From: Octopus sinensis
Lineage: Eukaryota
NCBI RefSeq assembly: GCF_006345805.1
Contig: NC_043003.1
Span: forward strand, 112,344,001-112,408,000
DNA: 64,000 bases
Direction: 5' to 3'
Position 1 is the first letter of the stretch. Each line of letters begins with the position of its first letter. The notes under the pieces are model-generated. The model did no database searches and was not told where the DNA came from. It was given only the letters and a program-made list of their open reading frames with translations. Made by a program: the position numbers and the translations under genes. Below, in pieces: positions 37,421-53,139 of the stretch.

Positions 37421-39596
37421 ATGAAGTCCTTGGTGCTGAGGCTGATGTTCTTCAGGGTAGTCAACCGCATTTCACATGCCTATACTTTAAAGTATTCTAC
37501 CTGTGGCTGTCCCATCTCTTTAATTGGTAAAAGCGAAGTGGATTATGCTATACACGGTATCCAAGGTCTATTTTGAAGAAGATTAAGCTGGTGTTGTTAA
37601 GCAGGCCCAACCAAGTGTACAGAGTACCCGTTCTCATCACAGCAATTAAGGTAGCGCCGATCAACCATTCCTTGTAAGCAACATCATTTTCTTCACTTGC
37701 CTGATCAAAAGACACCATTAATATTTTAGTGATTCCGTACCTACAAGACGAATCAAGTTTATTGCTATCATTATTGAATACGTATTGAATCTATGGCACG
37801 AAAATGTGAAAATATTTTCTCCGTTGCATATTCAAAGAGGTTGGATAGCCGTCATATTCATTCAAGTATTATCGAAACTTTGGCTGTTGATATTCACCTT
37901 GAATTCCTGTCGGTGGAAATCTAAAAGTAAAACGTGGGCGGTGAGTTAATTTCAAGAATCTTGCTGATCTTAGGATATAGGTTCGTGTAACGCGATTTCA
38001 GTGGGGTCATCAGAGAAGAAAAATATCATACTAAGAGGACCTGGACGGTGTAGTATGCAGTTTAGTATTTCAGAATAAAGAGAGAGTTATAATAGCAGTA
38101 GAAAGTTTATAAAGAAGATACAGCAGATCGATAACTTAGTGGCTACTGCATGTCTCTTTATGGAATTTGTCGTGTACCCATGGTTAGCATTGACAGTAAT
38201 AATGAGTTATTGGTTGTATCAGAGACTACAAGATTTTATGTATTGTTCTTTAAGGGAGTAGGGTGTAATTTGAGGAAAACGTGGTATTATTTCTAGCAGC
38301 CTAAGAAGAACATGGACGCTCCTAAAAGAGCATGGATGCTCCTGTCTTCTTTACTCTGTCTTCTTACTCTGAAAAAGAAGCAAAACAAGTCTCCAAGAAA
38401 TCTCAATAACTCATCGCGAAATCAAAAATCGGTAGCTATAATGAGGGCTTTACGTGCTGTTATTGTTTGAAGGCTTCCTTTCGTACGATTTGAAGTAGAA
38501 CTATTTTCTTTTTCTGTATATTGACAGTCTGCCTTATGATGTTGTTTAGTTTGACACGTTTCTTGCTGACGGGTGTTCACAATTTTCCCATCATAGAATT
38601 AAAAAATGTGTGGTTGACAGCTATGTGAGGAAGATAAGAGAAGGGTGACAGCTGATATCACATACAGAGGTGTGCACGGTTAGAATTAAGTGCAATCTGA
38701 CCAGAAGAAAAAATGTGAGACACATTGAAAAGTTAGTATACAATGTATAATTTTACAAATGTGCTTACCCAAGATCATCAATGTGAGTGGGTTGTAAAAG
38801 TCCGAAGAATACTTATAGTAATATGCTTCTTTCCAAGGTAGCAAGCATTTTATCGAAATAACTAATTAAAGTTTATATTTTCTGTTGAAAGAAAACATTA
38901 AACTGGGATAATACATTTTTGGTTATAACTCATAATTATAATAACATAATATACGATTCAGCATTAAGTAGAACAAATTTATGGATGATAATATCACAAG
39001 ACGTCATATCCCGCCAAACCGAGATTAGGTCCTAATTTCAATACCCTGTTGATTCCATTTCATTTGTATAACTAATGTCATAAGACAAACAATCCTGAAT
39101 TTTCCGTAAACAACACACTTAAAATAAAAAAGCACGTGTTTATTTACGTTATTTTCTGTTCTGATTTTAAATAACCAACAGGCAGACCTTGCCTTTTATC
39201 CGTCTAAATGTCTATAAAGGGTCTTTGTGATCTATGTTAGAAATATAAGACGGAAAATGCAGAGCTTCGTTGATAAAGAAATGTTTTGGTGAGTCGAGAC
39301 CACGGTTTTCGTTTGGTTTCTTGCCAAATATAGTAACCAAATTGAAGAGTTTTTGCATAGCGTGAGCAACACGTATTCCTGTTTTTAAAGTGTCATTTTA
39401 CTTGTTGCAATCATGAGATTGCATCCATGCTGCCCACCCCTTTGAAGTGTTTGCTGGAACAAATTGATTTCAGTATAACTGCATTTTATTTTTTGGTACT
39501 TATTCTATCAGTCACATATGCCAAACAGCTAAGTTATGGAAACGTAAAGCAACAAAAACTTGAAGCAATTGCATACATGCATATAAGATGACAAAT

Positions 39597-39605
39597 GCAC
39601 ACACT

Positions 39606-39687
<82 letters not shown>

Positions 39688-39707
39688 CTATCATATATAT
39701 ATATATC

Positions 39708-39749
<42 letters not shown>

Positions 39750-39752
39750 TAC

Positions 39753-39787
<35 letters not shown>

Positions 39788-39796
39788 CATATATAC

Positions 39797-39861
<65 letters not shown>

Positions 39862-40083
39862 TTATATATATATACGAATATATATATATATATATAATAT
39901 ATATACATATATATATATATAGATATATATATAATATATATTATATAATATATAATATAATATATATATAATAACAATATATATATATATATATATAGTA
40001 TATATATACATATATATATATATAATATATATATATAATATATAATATACATATATATACATATATATATATATATATACATA

Positions 40084-40116
<33 letters not shown>

Positions 40117-40125
40117 TATACATAT

Positions 40126-40157
<32 letters not shown>

Positions 40158-40322
40158 TTATTATATATAATATATATAATATATATATACATTATATACT
40201 ATATATCTATATATATATATATATCATATCTATACATATATATACATAATATAATATATATATATATATATATTATATACATATATATACATATATATAT
40301 ATAATATACATATATATACATC

Positions 40323-40360
<38 letters not shown>

Positions 40361-40508
40361 CATATATATATAATATATATATACATATATATACATATAT
40401 ATACATATATATATATAATATATATACATATATATACATATATATATATACATATATATACATATATATACATATATATATACATATATATATACATATA
40501 TATACATT

Positions 40509-40584
<76 letters not shown>

Positions 40585-40646
40585 CATATATATACTATAT
40601 ATATACAATATATATATATATATACATTATATATATATATAATAAC

Positions 40647-40699
<53 letters not shown>

Positions 40700-40874
40700 C
40701 ATATATATACTACATATATATACTATATATATACATATATATACATATATATATACCTATATATAACATATATATACACTATATATACTATATAACATAT
40801 ATATATATATATATATATAATATATATATATACTATATCATATATATCTATAAATATATATATATAATACATAT

Positions 40875-40912
<38 letters not shown>

Positions 40913-40919
40913 CCATATC

Positions 40920-40995
<76 letters not shown>

Positions 40996-41125
40996 CATAC
41001 AATATATATATAATATACATATATATATATCTATATATACATACATATATATATATATATAAATATATATAATATATATACATATATTATATATATACAA
41101 TATTATATATATATACATATATATA

Positions 41126-41156
<31 letters not shown>

Positions 41157-41282
41157 CATATATAAGATATATATATATATATATATATAATATACATATA
41201 TATATATATATACCATATATATATATATATAATATACTATATATACATATATATATATATCTATCTATATACATATATATAC

Positions 41283-41322
<40 letters not shown>

Positions 41323-41339
41323 ATATATAATATATAATA

Positions 41340-41391
<52 letters not shown>

Positions 41392-41748
41392 CATATATCT
41401 ATACTCTATAATTATATATATATATACATACATATATATATATATATATATACATACCTATAATATCTAATATATACTACATATAATCTATATCTATATC
41501 TACATAGATAGATATATATATATATACATACTTTTATATATATATATATATATACATATAATATACTCTATATATATATATATATATACCTAATATACAT
41601 ATATATATATATATATATATCATATATATATACAGATATATACATATATATATACATATATACCATATATATATCTATATATATCCATCATATATACATA
41701 ATATATACCTATATATACATATATAATATATATATACATATATATACA

Positions 41749-41786
<38 letters not shown>

Positions 41787-41818
41787 CATATATATACATA
41801 TATATACATATATATCCA

Positions 41819-41851
<33 letters not shown>

Positions 41852-41873
41852 TACCTATATAACATCATATAAG

Positions 41874-41904
<31 letters not shown>

Positions 41905-42467
41905 CTAATATATATACATATATATATCTATATATACATATATATATATATATATACCTACTATATATTATAATATATATATAAATATACATATATATTA
42001 TATACATAAATATATATATATATATATCTACATATATATATAATAATATATATATATATATATATATCTAATATCTATACATATATACATATATATCTAT
42101 ATTACTATATATATACATCTATATATATATATATATATTCTATATATACATCTATATAATATATATCTATTATATATACTATATATATCTATATATATAC
42201 ATATATATAATATACATATACATCTATATATATATCTATATACATATACTATATATATATCTATATACATATATATATATATATATATATCTATATACTA
42301 TACTATATCTAGATATCTATATATATATATATACTATATATATATATTCTATATATATATATATCATCCATATATATCGATATCCTATACATATATATAT
42401 ATACATACTACTATATCTCTATATATATCTATATCTTAATATATATATCATATATCTATATATATAC

Positions 42468-42499
<32 letters not shown>

Positions 42500-43680
42500 T
42501 CATACATATATATCTATATCTTATATATACTATATATATACCTCTATATCATATATATATATCTATCTATATTCTATCTTATACATATCTCTATCTCTCA
42601 TCATCTACCATATATATCTCCTCTATACATATATCTATATATATATACATCTCTATATATCTATCTCTACCTATCATATCTATATCTATCCCCTCTATAT
42701 ATCTATCTCCTATATATATCGATCACACATATATTATATCTCATCCTACTATATATCTATATACCTCTATATATCTCTATTCTATCCACTATAATACTCT
42801 ATATATCTAATACCTCTATCTCTATATCTATCTATCTATATATATATCATATCATACTATATATACCATCTATCTCTATATTCTCTACCTATATCTATAT
42901 ATACACTCTATCTCTATATATATCTACACTCTATACCTCATATATATATCTATATATTATATCTACTATATACCTATATATACATATATATCTCTCTATA
43001 TCATCTATAATATCATCTATCTATCTATATATCACCTATATATTATCCCTCTATATATCTATCATATCTCTACATCTATATATATCTCTATACTATCTCT
43101 CCTCATATTTCTATCATCTGTCTATATATTTACTCTGATATCTAATATATCTGTCCTCGCTACTCTATGTCATCTCTATATATAGTCTCTATATATCTAT
43201 GTCTCTATAACTCTATTCTATCTAGATCTGTCATCTACTATACTGTCTATTATCTCTGTATCTCTCATATATGTATCTCTATCATCTGTCTCTCTTAATC
43301 GATGTTCTCTCTATCCTGTCTCTATATATCTGTATATATCCTATTTCCTATATCTCTCTGTCTCTATCTCTATAGTCTCTATGTCTATATCTCTATATAT
43401 CTATATGTCTATCTATATCCTATATATCTCTATAATATATCTCTCTATCTATAGCTATCTCTCTATCTATATCTACTGTATATCTTTCTATCTGTATCAT
43501 CCTATATCTATCTCTATCTCTATTCTCTATATCTCTATCTGTCTTATCTCTATCTCTGTCTCTATCTGTATATATATATATAACTCTAATACTACTCTGT
43601 CTCTCTCTCTCTCTACACTCTATATATATCTATATCCCTCTATATCTACATATATAATATATATATATAAATATATCAAC
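39597..43680. repeat. About 4.1-kb degenerate (TA)n-derived tract
   Basis: Directly visible; C-interrupted TA repeat grading into (CT/CTAT)-rich sequence. Confidence 0.95.
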
Positions 43681-44699
43681 AGGGGTAGTAGAATTCACTT
43701 GCGCGAGATGATGCGCAACAGGCCTGAACCTAAAGCACATACATATATGGGCCTACGCTTGCCCAGAGAACTCATGAACTACATAAACATGACTGTACTT
43801 GGACCAAAAAGATCTATGAACAACAATAAGTAATTAACGAGATAATTGGTGGTGTACAAAAACGATAACAAAACTTCACACAAAAATATTAAATTATCAA
43901 ATATGAATTATATACATAAATAAGAGTCTATGTTTGATAACCTCCTTGAGTAAAATATTAAAATCTATTAGAACTAACTGAACCTTCAGGTTTCAATCGT
44001 AGAAATATACTCACTCGAATATTTCCATAACATTATCACTGGTTCTGATTCGTTAACATTCAGATTTAGTATAAAACATTGTTTTTTCTTGGTGTTTTTT
44101 TTTAAGTGTATAGTATTTATTGAAACTTGTTTTTCGATTAACGTACTTTAGTTTTCTGTTTCATGCCGTAAAAGAAGCATTATCTCACAACGAACAAACA
44201 TTGGATATCTAAAATCGGTGATCAAATAGTATCTGATAAATATTTTCCCTAGATAAGTTGCAGCTTTTGATAAGTTAAGTGAACAGACTAGTTCGATCAA
44301 TTAATCGAGATTTTCTTTTTCTATAGAAAAAGATTGTGAATTTCCTGATTCGATTTCCGCTGCCAAAGATTCAGTTGGAAAGGAAGCTATAAAAGTGGCT
44401 TTGTCGATAGATTTCCGTATTATATTTTCTACTTTAGCATCAAATATTTACTTTACTGTTAAAGTGTTCTACTAGAAAATACAGTAGCATATGCAGATGT
44501 TCGAATCAAACAGAATAATGTTATAATAGTTACCAGAGTGCTAGACTGAAGAGAACCATTTCTAAACTACTGACAAGGAATTTATGCTGGTTCACATTGT
44601 AGTAAATTTAAAAGCAAAAATAAAAATAGATTTTTATTGACGAACACCAAGCTACATTATAGGTTTCTACTTGTAGAGCCAAGATAAAAAGGAGCAAAA

Positions 44700-45100
44700 A
44701 CTATGAACACTATCTGTTAATGTTCCATTTAAGCTGTGTAAGTTAATATTTGAAGGAAAGAGATGCCAAAGGGAGGATATTCTACAGCACCAGTGTTCTG
44801 GGGAGGAAAGATTGTGTATAGTTGATGTGATGAAAGGGAATTTGACACACCAAGAACAGGGGAATTTGGAGGTTACTAGCTGTTCAAGGAAAGGCAACCG
44901 CAAGTTCTGGAGTGCATTTTATTGGGTAGTAATGTTAGAAAAGGTCGTCGATCAAAGGATGGCGTAAGTCCGTTTGTGGAGAGTGCAATCTACCGAGTTG
45001 CTATTTTCTAGTTGCGATCTAAGATGTTAGGTATCTTCAACACTATTACAGATGTGGAAGCAGTACATAATTGCGAGCTTTATTTAAGCATTGTAGCGTT
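44700..45100 (-). mobile_element. Old CR1/Jockey-like LINE 3' fragment
   Basis: The minus strand gives LF*HYY..KCTPELA.. and YTQSFLPRTLVL*NILP, approximating LFYRYY..CS.EL and SFFPRT..LWN.LP. Confidence 0.5.
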
Positions 45101-47946
45101 TCGTTGCCTAATTAGGATCGAAAAGTCAATTGTAAGCTCCTACAAATTAATTTCTTCGCATGGTTAAATGTCGTAATTGAAAGTTTAACTCTGCGAAAGC
45201 ATAATTGTCATAACATTACTATTATTTCGTTGCTAAAATATATTTTACTTAAGCTACAAATGACATGTAATTATGTGGGAATAACGTATTCTCGATTTTC
45301 TTTGATAAAAATCTCGTGCTTTTCACCAATTACGAGTATTCTTGAAGCCAGATTTTTACCTAAAAGGTTCATTATTTTAATTGGATAAAAAAGAACTAAG
45401 AAAAGCAATTTTCCCACTCTACTTCCGAAAATTTGGCAAGGCCAAAAAGTGAATATCATTCACTGAGACTTCTACTTGTAATCGGGTTTATACGCAATTT
45501 CCTATCTATTCAAGAGAAGAAAATATTGATACATATCCCTGATAAAGGGTACTATTTTGACATTTTTTTAAATAAATAGATATTTCTGAATAACAAAAGG
45601 AACGGTTAGTAATGAGTTGGGAGATAGTATTCAAGGTATCATGTATAAAGTGAGGCTTCTAAAAGTGCCATGTATTCGAGTACTTAGTTGATAAGGTGCT
45701 GAGAAAGTAAATGAGATGGCTACAACTTTTAAGTCATCGGTGTATTTCTTTCTATTATCCATACAGATACACTTTATTCTTGGCTAATAAATATTATCTA
45801 CAGATTTTACTATTGTTTTTATCTCAATGTTCTAGATGAGTATGTATACTTGCAATTTAATGGGTCTGAAAATGTTATTTTTTATTAGTCGTAAGCTTTC
45901 CGTGTATGAACGCATGATAATTCTCGGCTATAATTCCGTTCAGAGTGTAGAAGTATCGCTAATCGCATTGCTGCTTCTGAATAATTTAATAGCTTTTTGT
46001 TTTAAGCTGGTGTCTACCTAAATTCAGTTCTATCTTTAAATCCGTTTGGGTTCTTATTTGCGAAATCTTAAGTGTTCAGGACAACGAAAACATTGTTTTT
46101 ATCACTTCCTTTGCTCGTAATGCTTTTGTTACAAATCACTTTACTCATACGCACAAAATGAAATGACAGTAATATGCTATTGGGATTGTGGTATTTCCCA
46201 ACATAACTTAAAAATTCGGCGTGAAACATTATATTAAAGTTTTTCTAAGAATTCGTAATTGATTTACAATTCTATTGATATTCCTAGAACAGAGTCTGAT
46301 TTGACAATTTATCCATTTGCTTGTAATAAAGAGTAAAAGCATCTTACCTTATTTTACGAGAAATTCTCTTTCATAGGACTCTAAATGCATCTCCATTACT
46401 TTGGTTATCTATAGATTGGTGGGAACGTTTTTGTTGCTTCTTTTTTAAGTTATCCTTCTTTCTCTGAAGATCTTCAATTAGTCAATGAAATATGAAGCTC
46501 GCAGAGAACTGAAGAATTTTTACTTGGTCTTGAATCGTAGTGGCACGCGTTCGTATTATCATTTCTTGTTGATCTTCCCTCCTGCGGTTTATTCAGATTA
46601 ACGTTTTAAATTGACCTTCCTTTGTTTAATTGAAAGGTTTTTCACTATATTTCATTTTTTTTTTCTTTTGTGAAATTACATGCCTTATTGGATTTACTGA
46701 TTATGACTAGTACCTTACTGGTAGTGATTGATTTAATGAGATCATTTTCCATAGTTTCTTGTAAAATTACCTTTTGTATTAATTTGAAATTTAGTTGTAC
46801 ATGTGTGTAATTTAAATCAAAAGACGTAGTATTGAATAGTCTCGGTGGCGACAATGACTGGTTTTAGGTGCACTAATAAGAAACGATTCCACAATGAAAC
46901 TTCTGTTTTGCATAAAATTTAATGAGCAGATCAATATAATTTACTAAATTACGTCTATCAAGGTCAATCGCATTACATTTATTCAGATTAAAACACTTCT
47001 CATTTGCATCGATTTTAATGAGTATAGTAAAATTTAATACATTGTTTTATATACATTTGTTTGTCGGAAGGACATCTTATTGGAAGCATGGCCTGACATC
47101 TTAGAAGGACTGGCTCCTAGCCTATGTAGAAATTAATAGAAACCAATTAATAGTTTTGGTATAAATTATGTATTTCAAAGCATCATAAAAAATTAAAACA
47201 AAACGGCAAGCTAAACTGCTGCTTTTACTGAAGCGCTATTTTAGGGGACATCAACAAAACGACACTGGGTGTCAAGCAGTTGTCGAGAATACACAAACAT
47301 GCACACTCATGCACAGACACATACATTTATGTTCGTTGTAAGCGACAGAAGAAATATTGGTTTAAAATAGCAAGCTGTGTATCGCACTTAAAGCAGGTAC
47401 ATCATAGAAAGATTAATTAATGCAATGATGCCTCGAGATAGTATTAACCGGCGTAAAAGCCCCAATATATTTCAGCAGCAGACGAAATTCATCCAGAAGC
47501 GTTAGTAGCTTTGCTAAATGCGTAATCCTGACTCTCTTCGCTTCATCAGTGGCAAGTATTTAAGACACGTTCAGCCGCTATTGATATTGCAAAACAGAGA
47601 TTGCAAAATAACTGATGTCGCAGTTAGCTAACGTACTGAACAAAATTCGCTATGGGCCACAATGGCAGTAATAGATTAAAGTAGCATTTCTTGTGTATCA
47701 TGCTCCAGGTAGATAGATTGTTGAAAGCGTAATAAACTACGGTATTTGACTTATAGATTACTAAACATATCCATCATTTTCTGTTAAGATGTCTTATTGA
47801 CGACTTTAATATCTTCACATCTCTGAAGAGAAGATTGCATTATTTTACACAATTTCATCCCTTTGGAATAATACTAGTGATATCTTCGAAACATGTGTCG
47901 GAGGTAAAAGAATTTAAATAACACCCACGTTTAACTCCATTTATAT

Positions 47947-47993
<47 letters not shown>

Positions 47994-48314
47994 ATATATA
48001 TATAATATATATATATATACATTAATAGACGAAAATATTAGTAGACAAAAATCATCCATCAGCGATATTGGCATTGCTAAAATGCACATTTTGTCAGTAG
48101 ATACTTTTGACATACTGACGAAGCCCAAAGAATCAGATGTACATTTAACAAAGCTACCACCGCCACAGGACGACTTCGTCAGTTAATGATATAATTTGTC
48201 TCCTTTGACACACACAATAAGTCGTAACTAAAGAAAATGGTGGCCGTATCTAAATATAAGCATATAAAACGGAGACGACAACCAGAACGTGGGGAGGCAA
48301 AACAGAAGAAATTG

Positions 48315-48315
48315 T

Positions 48316-48360
<45 letters not shown>

Positions 48361-48453
48361 CATCAGAGCATCACAACAAATCACAGCACATACCCAAGGC
48401 ACACAGAGCTGTGCTCAGTAGTGAAATGAAAGCACGCTATAAAAATAAAACTT

Positions 48454-48539
<86 letters not shown>

Positions 48540-48770
48540 GAAGAAGAAGAAGAAGAAGTAGAAGAAGAGGTGTTTTGCTGAAAAAAGTATATAAACATAT
48601 ACATAACAAGATTCTCAGAACATCCAAATATGCGAAACGTACAGAATGGCACACAATTATGTAATGCACTGTCAATGCAATATAGAATTGAAGACGAAAA
48701 CAAAGCATTGCACTTAACCAAGGCGCACGGAATTGCGCTCGGTAGTGCACTGAAAGCACGCAAAGTGAGG
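48315..48770 (+). mobile_element. Two R4/Dong-like 3' ends (48361-48456; about 48600-48770) in (AAT)n/(GAA)n
   Basis: Homologous to 10397-10460. The second copy encodes PNMRNVQNGTQLCNALSMQ, similar to the end of the 10581 ORF (PKMAEVQKIVLMGTAHILRKILSM). Confidence 0.65.
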
Positions 48771-49425
48771 TTCCCGAAAATAACGACAAAAATATGTATA
48801 TTTTCTAATTATGATTACTATCCTGTAAACAATTATATATTTAGAGATGAGAAGTATGGTAATGAGAAGACAAATATAATTGATTCCCGAAAATAAAAAA
48901 AAAGTACAGCAATATTCCTTTCATTTCATAATAGATGAAACATGAAAGTAATTTCATGAAGAAAGCTTTTTGTAGCGTCTATGTTATTAAGATTATCTAA
49001 GTTTTCTGTCTGGCAAACATATTGATAAGATAATTTGCCAGTCGTAGTGTCGACACTAATCGTTATCTACGTTTAAATTTATAAATATATGTAGACGAGA
49101 TAAATATTTCGTATCTGGTTGTGCAGGTAGGGTGCAGCTGCAGACAAAATACTATTTCCAAACGTATTGTAAACAATTACTTTATGAATGCATGAATTAC
49201 AGTAATATAACAATTCGCTCATTCGTACGTTCTATACAGCACTTATCCAACTAGCATTTCTGGTAAAGAAAAAAATGTTACTGAGGTATCTTCGTGATAG
49301 TCATTGTAGGTGAACAATCAACAGCAACTAACTTTAAAGAGGAGCTTGTAGGCAAATCTTCCGACCTTGATTCTACTTTTTATTTTATTTGAAATTGTAT
49401 TTCAAGAACACTTTAACGATATTTA

Positions 49426-49728
49426 GGATCTTTTCGGTTTGAACGGCAGTTCTTAACATAATTTCTAGGTAACTAAACAATTTCTGCAATTTAAACCAAT
49501 CAATGACCTCCATTGAGGTAAAAAAAACATTTTGTGCCGTATGAATATGTCCCTCGTTTAAGAAATAGATTGGGTTTATTTACATTTGTGAAGAAAACAA
49601 GATACCGTTCCCCCCACCCCTAACCTAAAACAGATTGAAATGCAATAGATCGATACTAGTGTCATAATTATGGGTGACAATTTCATATGACACCGCTAGA
49701 AAAACTGGCGTACAAACCGAAAAGATCC
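49426..49728. mobile_element. MITE, about 300 bp, with roughly 27-bp TIRs
   Basis: GGATCTTTTCGGTTTGAACGGCAGTT versus AACTGGCGTACAAACCGAAAAGATCC (2-3 mismatches). Confidence 0.85.
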
Positions 49729-50059
49729 CAATATTTATATTCGTTCCCTCTCCAGTTCCATCTCTATTCATTTAATAACTTTCAGAAGATTGTTGCGTGT
49801 CTGCTCCGTTCTTTCAATTATTTAATAGTAATTTTTCTATTGGTTTAAAACTTTAAGCATTCTAAGTTGCTGTACATTTCAGTGAACTAATTTTATTAAT
49901 TCCTCAATTTATCATATTTCTGGAGCTCTCAAACGAATTTTAGATATACTTTTGTTTTAAATATTGTTTTTTTGTTCTATAATTTAATGGGGACATAAAC
50001 TCCTTTTGTAGATATAAACCATCGAGAAAACAGAGGTTGGCCACTATACACTCACACAC

Positions 50060-50122
<63 letters not shown>

Positions 50123-50125
<3 letters not shown>

Positions 50126-50409
50126 TTTTATTCTTCTACTTGCTTCAATCATTTGACTGCGACCATGGTGGAGCATCACCTTAATGGGTTTTAGTCGGAA
50201 AAATCGCCCCAGGTATAAATATATACCTGCATATATTTATATATACGACGAGCGTCTTTCAGTTCCCGTCTACCAAATCCACTCGCACAGCTTTGGTCGG
50301 CCCGAGGCTATATTAGAAGACACTCATCCAAAGAACCACGCGGTGGGACTGAACCCAGAACTATGTAATTTGGGAGCAAGATTCTTACAAGATTCTTACA
50401 CCTGCGCCT
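50123..50409 (-). mobile_element. Diverged family-C SINE
   Basis: Colinear with 15975-16393, with a deletion. Confidence 0.8.
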
Positions 50410-50639
50410 ATATACCAATGATACTGTTATATTTAATATGTATATTCGTTGTTCCTCTGCATTGTACTCATTTGTATGACATGGTTTTAGCACTTGAACA
50501 CGACCCTAAAAATGGCACTGCATTTTTATTTGTTTTTGTTATTTACGAACCATTTATTACGAGGTTAAATTTTTTTACCTGCTTCATATAATCTTGGTGA
50601 GCCGACTTATTTCAGACAATGGCTATTCAGAATTCTCTT

Positions 50640-51950
50640 AAGCTTTACTTCTGGTATGTGTCTGATAAAATATTGCAGTATATGAAATCTTTCTCGCTGC
50701 CATGCTCATGTATGTATTTTTTCTTAGCTAAGATGAAGCAACCAAGGACGATGTGTTGTATAATCTGTTCTCAGGCACATGTTCTGCAATTACTTAATAT
50801 ATTCTCATTTATTAAAGGCATTCAGTGGTTTCTGATCTGTGATATTAGAGCTGCAATCAAGAATCCATCAATCTCAGTTGTGAGATTGGCTTTTCAGCTA
50901 GCGTTGCCATTTTTCTTACATTTTTTTTTTTACGATTTTCGACTTGTGGCATATTTTCTTGCCATCACTTTATAATTGTCTTAGCTTATATATTACCATT
51001 ATTGTAATGCCCGTTGTTGGTTCAGACTTATCTTTAGAGTAGTCAGTTATTTTGTAGTCATTTTTAATCAAAACTTAGGTAGCCCTAACGAAATATTTTA
51101 TTTATAACAGTTTTCTCATTTTTATGTTTATATTTCCTTGTATTTCTGGTAAATGTAATCATTTTTGTGCCAAATTTCAGGTTGCTTGCTCCGATTTTCC
51201 GCTAGCTATTGTTACTTGTTAATTTAGTATCTAATTTAGATGTCATAATTATAATTTATTACTTGAACGGCTAAAATATTCATGCCTGTTACCATTTTTG
51301 CAATTATTTCTCTTTAATTATTAAACTAATATGTCTATAATATTTTTCTTAATTTTTTCTTTAATTTGTGTGTGTGGTTTCTTCTTTCTACCTCAATAAT
51401 TTCATACTGTTAGTAGATTTAGCTTGGCATTAGTGTTCTTAATTGGTTTTTTCTTTTTTTCTGCTACCTTGGCACATTTCACAAATATGAATGTCACGTC
51501 TATGCATCTAGTCATTGGATACGTCCGTTGCAATGTCTCCCGTTTACATGACATTCCTTATTAGTTTGGGTTTTAGGTGAGCGAATCAACTGTTTTCGCT
51601 TGTTTTTTATTTTGCCTTATTGATATGCATGTGAAACAAGGGTTCGGAGTTTTAATACGTCCCAGTACACCCCAGATTTCATTTTATTATCTTGGTTACT
51701 TTCCTTGCCATAATCTTCCATGATTACTCTGAGGTTATCTGCGTTGTTTTCAACAACTCATTGGCGATGATTTTTTTGCCCTATCCATAACCTTCCCGAC
51801 CTTTGTGTATTTTACTTTTCTCACGGCAACATCAATTCTCATTTTACTCTTTACTTTGTGTTCGAGTCAAGTATTTTCTTTTGTCCAATGAAATGTTGTT
51901 TCTTTTATACCCACGAATTCTTTAAGAACTAGTGAGTTACATACTTTTTG
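50640..51950 (-). mobile_element. Ancient R4/Dong-like element with internal deletion
   Basis: The minus strand gives TEIDGFLIAA.. and NCRTCA*EQIIQHIVLGCFILAKKKYIHEH, which parallel the ETEGFIIAAQD and CCHC motifs of the 10581 ORF. Confidence 0.55.
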
Positions 51951-52643
51951 TCTCAATCCATTTCTGTTGTAAGTGTAGTATGCCCGAATGATGAGGAGGT
52001 CTGATTCGTAATCACCGGGTTTTCACGTATTTGCTTCAGCAAAATGCCATTTGTTTTAACCTCGGTGCGCCCCATATCTTGTGAGTGACATTGAGTAAAC
52101 GGAAACTGTATCGAAGCGAGTCCGGTAGATTGTGCTTGCAATCCTAAAGGTGCAGCCTTGTCATCCGAGTTCATACTGATTCGTCTGGAGAATTACGTTA
52201 AGGATATATGTGTCAGCGGAATACTCCGCGATTTATACGTTATTGCAGAAGGTAATTTTATCAAACTACCGAATACTCATCGTTGTTGAACGACGGAAAC
52301 CCACTAACATATATATATATTATATATATATAATATATTATTATATATATATATATATATATATATTGGCCTGCTGGCTTAGCCAGCGGGGTGGCGTCAT
52401 TTGAAGCCTAAAACAATGCGAAGCGCATTGTGACCAGGGATGGTGCAGCAACATCTGATATCCTGGTCGGTCATGCTGATCACGGTGATGTATATATATA
52501 TATATATTTATATTTTTTATATATATAGAGGGCATTATTACACATACATGCCACACGCTAAGAGGGACAAAATTAGTCATTTCTGACAAAGATTTTACTA
52601 ATCCCACCGAATGCAATTTCAAAGTAAGACATTTAAAAATATA

Positions 52644-52690
52644 GACTTGTATCACCTGTGATTTCATACCTCTGTATTCATCAGCAAGCC
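52644..52690 (-). ncRNA. Type I hammerhead ribozyme, copy 1
   Basis: Minus strand GGCTTG-CTGATGA-ATAC-AGAG-GTAT-GAAA-TCAC-AG-GTGA-TA/CAAGTC. All core nucleotides are present and stems I, II and III pair. Triplet AUA; predicted cut between 52650 and 52649. Confidence 0.85.
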
Positions 52691-53092
52691 TGGACGTATC
52701 ATAATAACGACCCTACCTCGTCTAAGGCCGAGCAGCTAACTGATCAACATCAACGAGCACATGGGTGAGTTTACATATATTACATCCGGTAAATGGCACT
52801 TTTACGAATTGCATTTCGGAAAAGAAAAGTTTTTTCGGAATAAAAATTTAGCAATTAAGGACAACTTCTTAATAGGAAAACTTAACAAGAAATTATCAGG
52901 TAGATAGCGTGAAAGACCTCATAAGAGAAAAAATTTCGAAAATAATTCTTTCTAATGAACATATTAATTATATATAGAGGGCATTATTATACATACATGC
53001 CACATGCTAAGAGGGACAAAATAGTCATTTCTACCAAGATTTTACTAATCCCACCGAATGCTATTTTTCAAAGTAAGACATTTTAAAATATA

Positions 53093-53139
53093 GACTTGTA
53101 TCACCTGTGATTTCATACCTCTGTATTCATCAGCAAGCC
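53093..53139 (-). ncRNA. Type I hammerhead ribozyme, copy 2
   Basis: Identical 47 nt to copy 1; predicted cut between 53099 and 53098. Confidence 0.85.
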
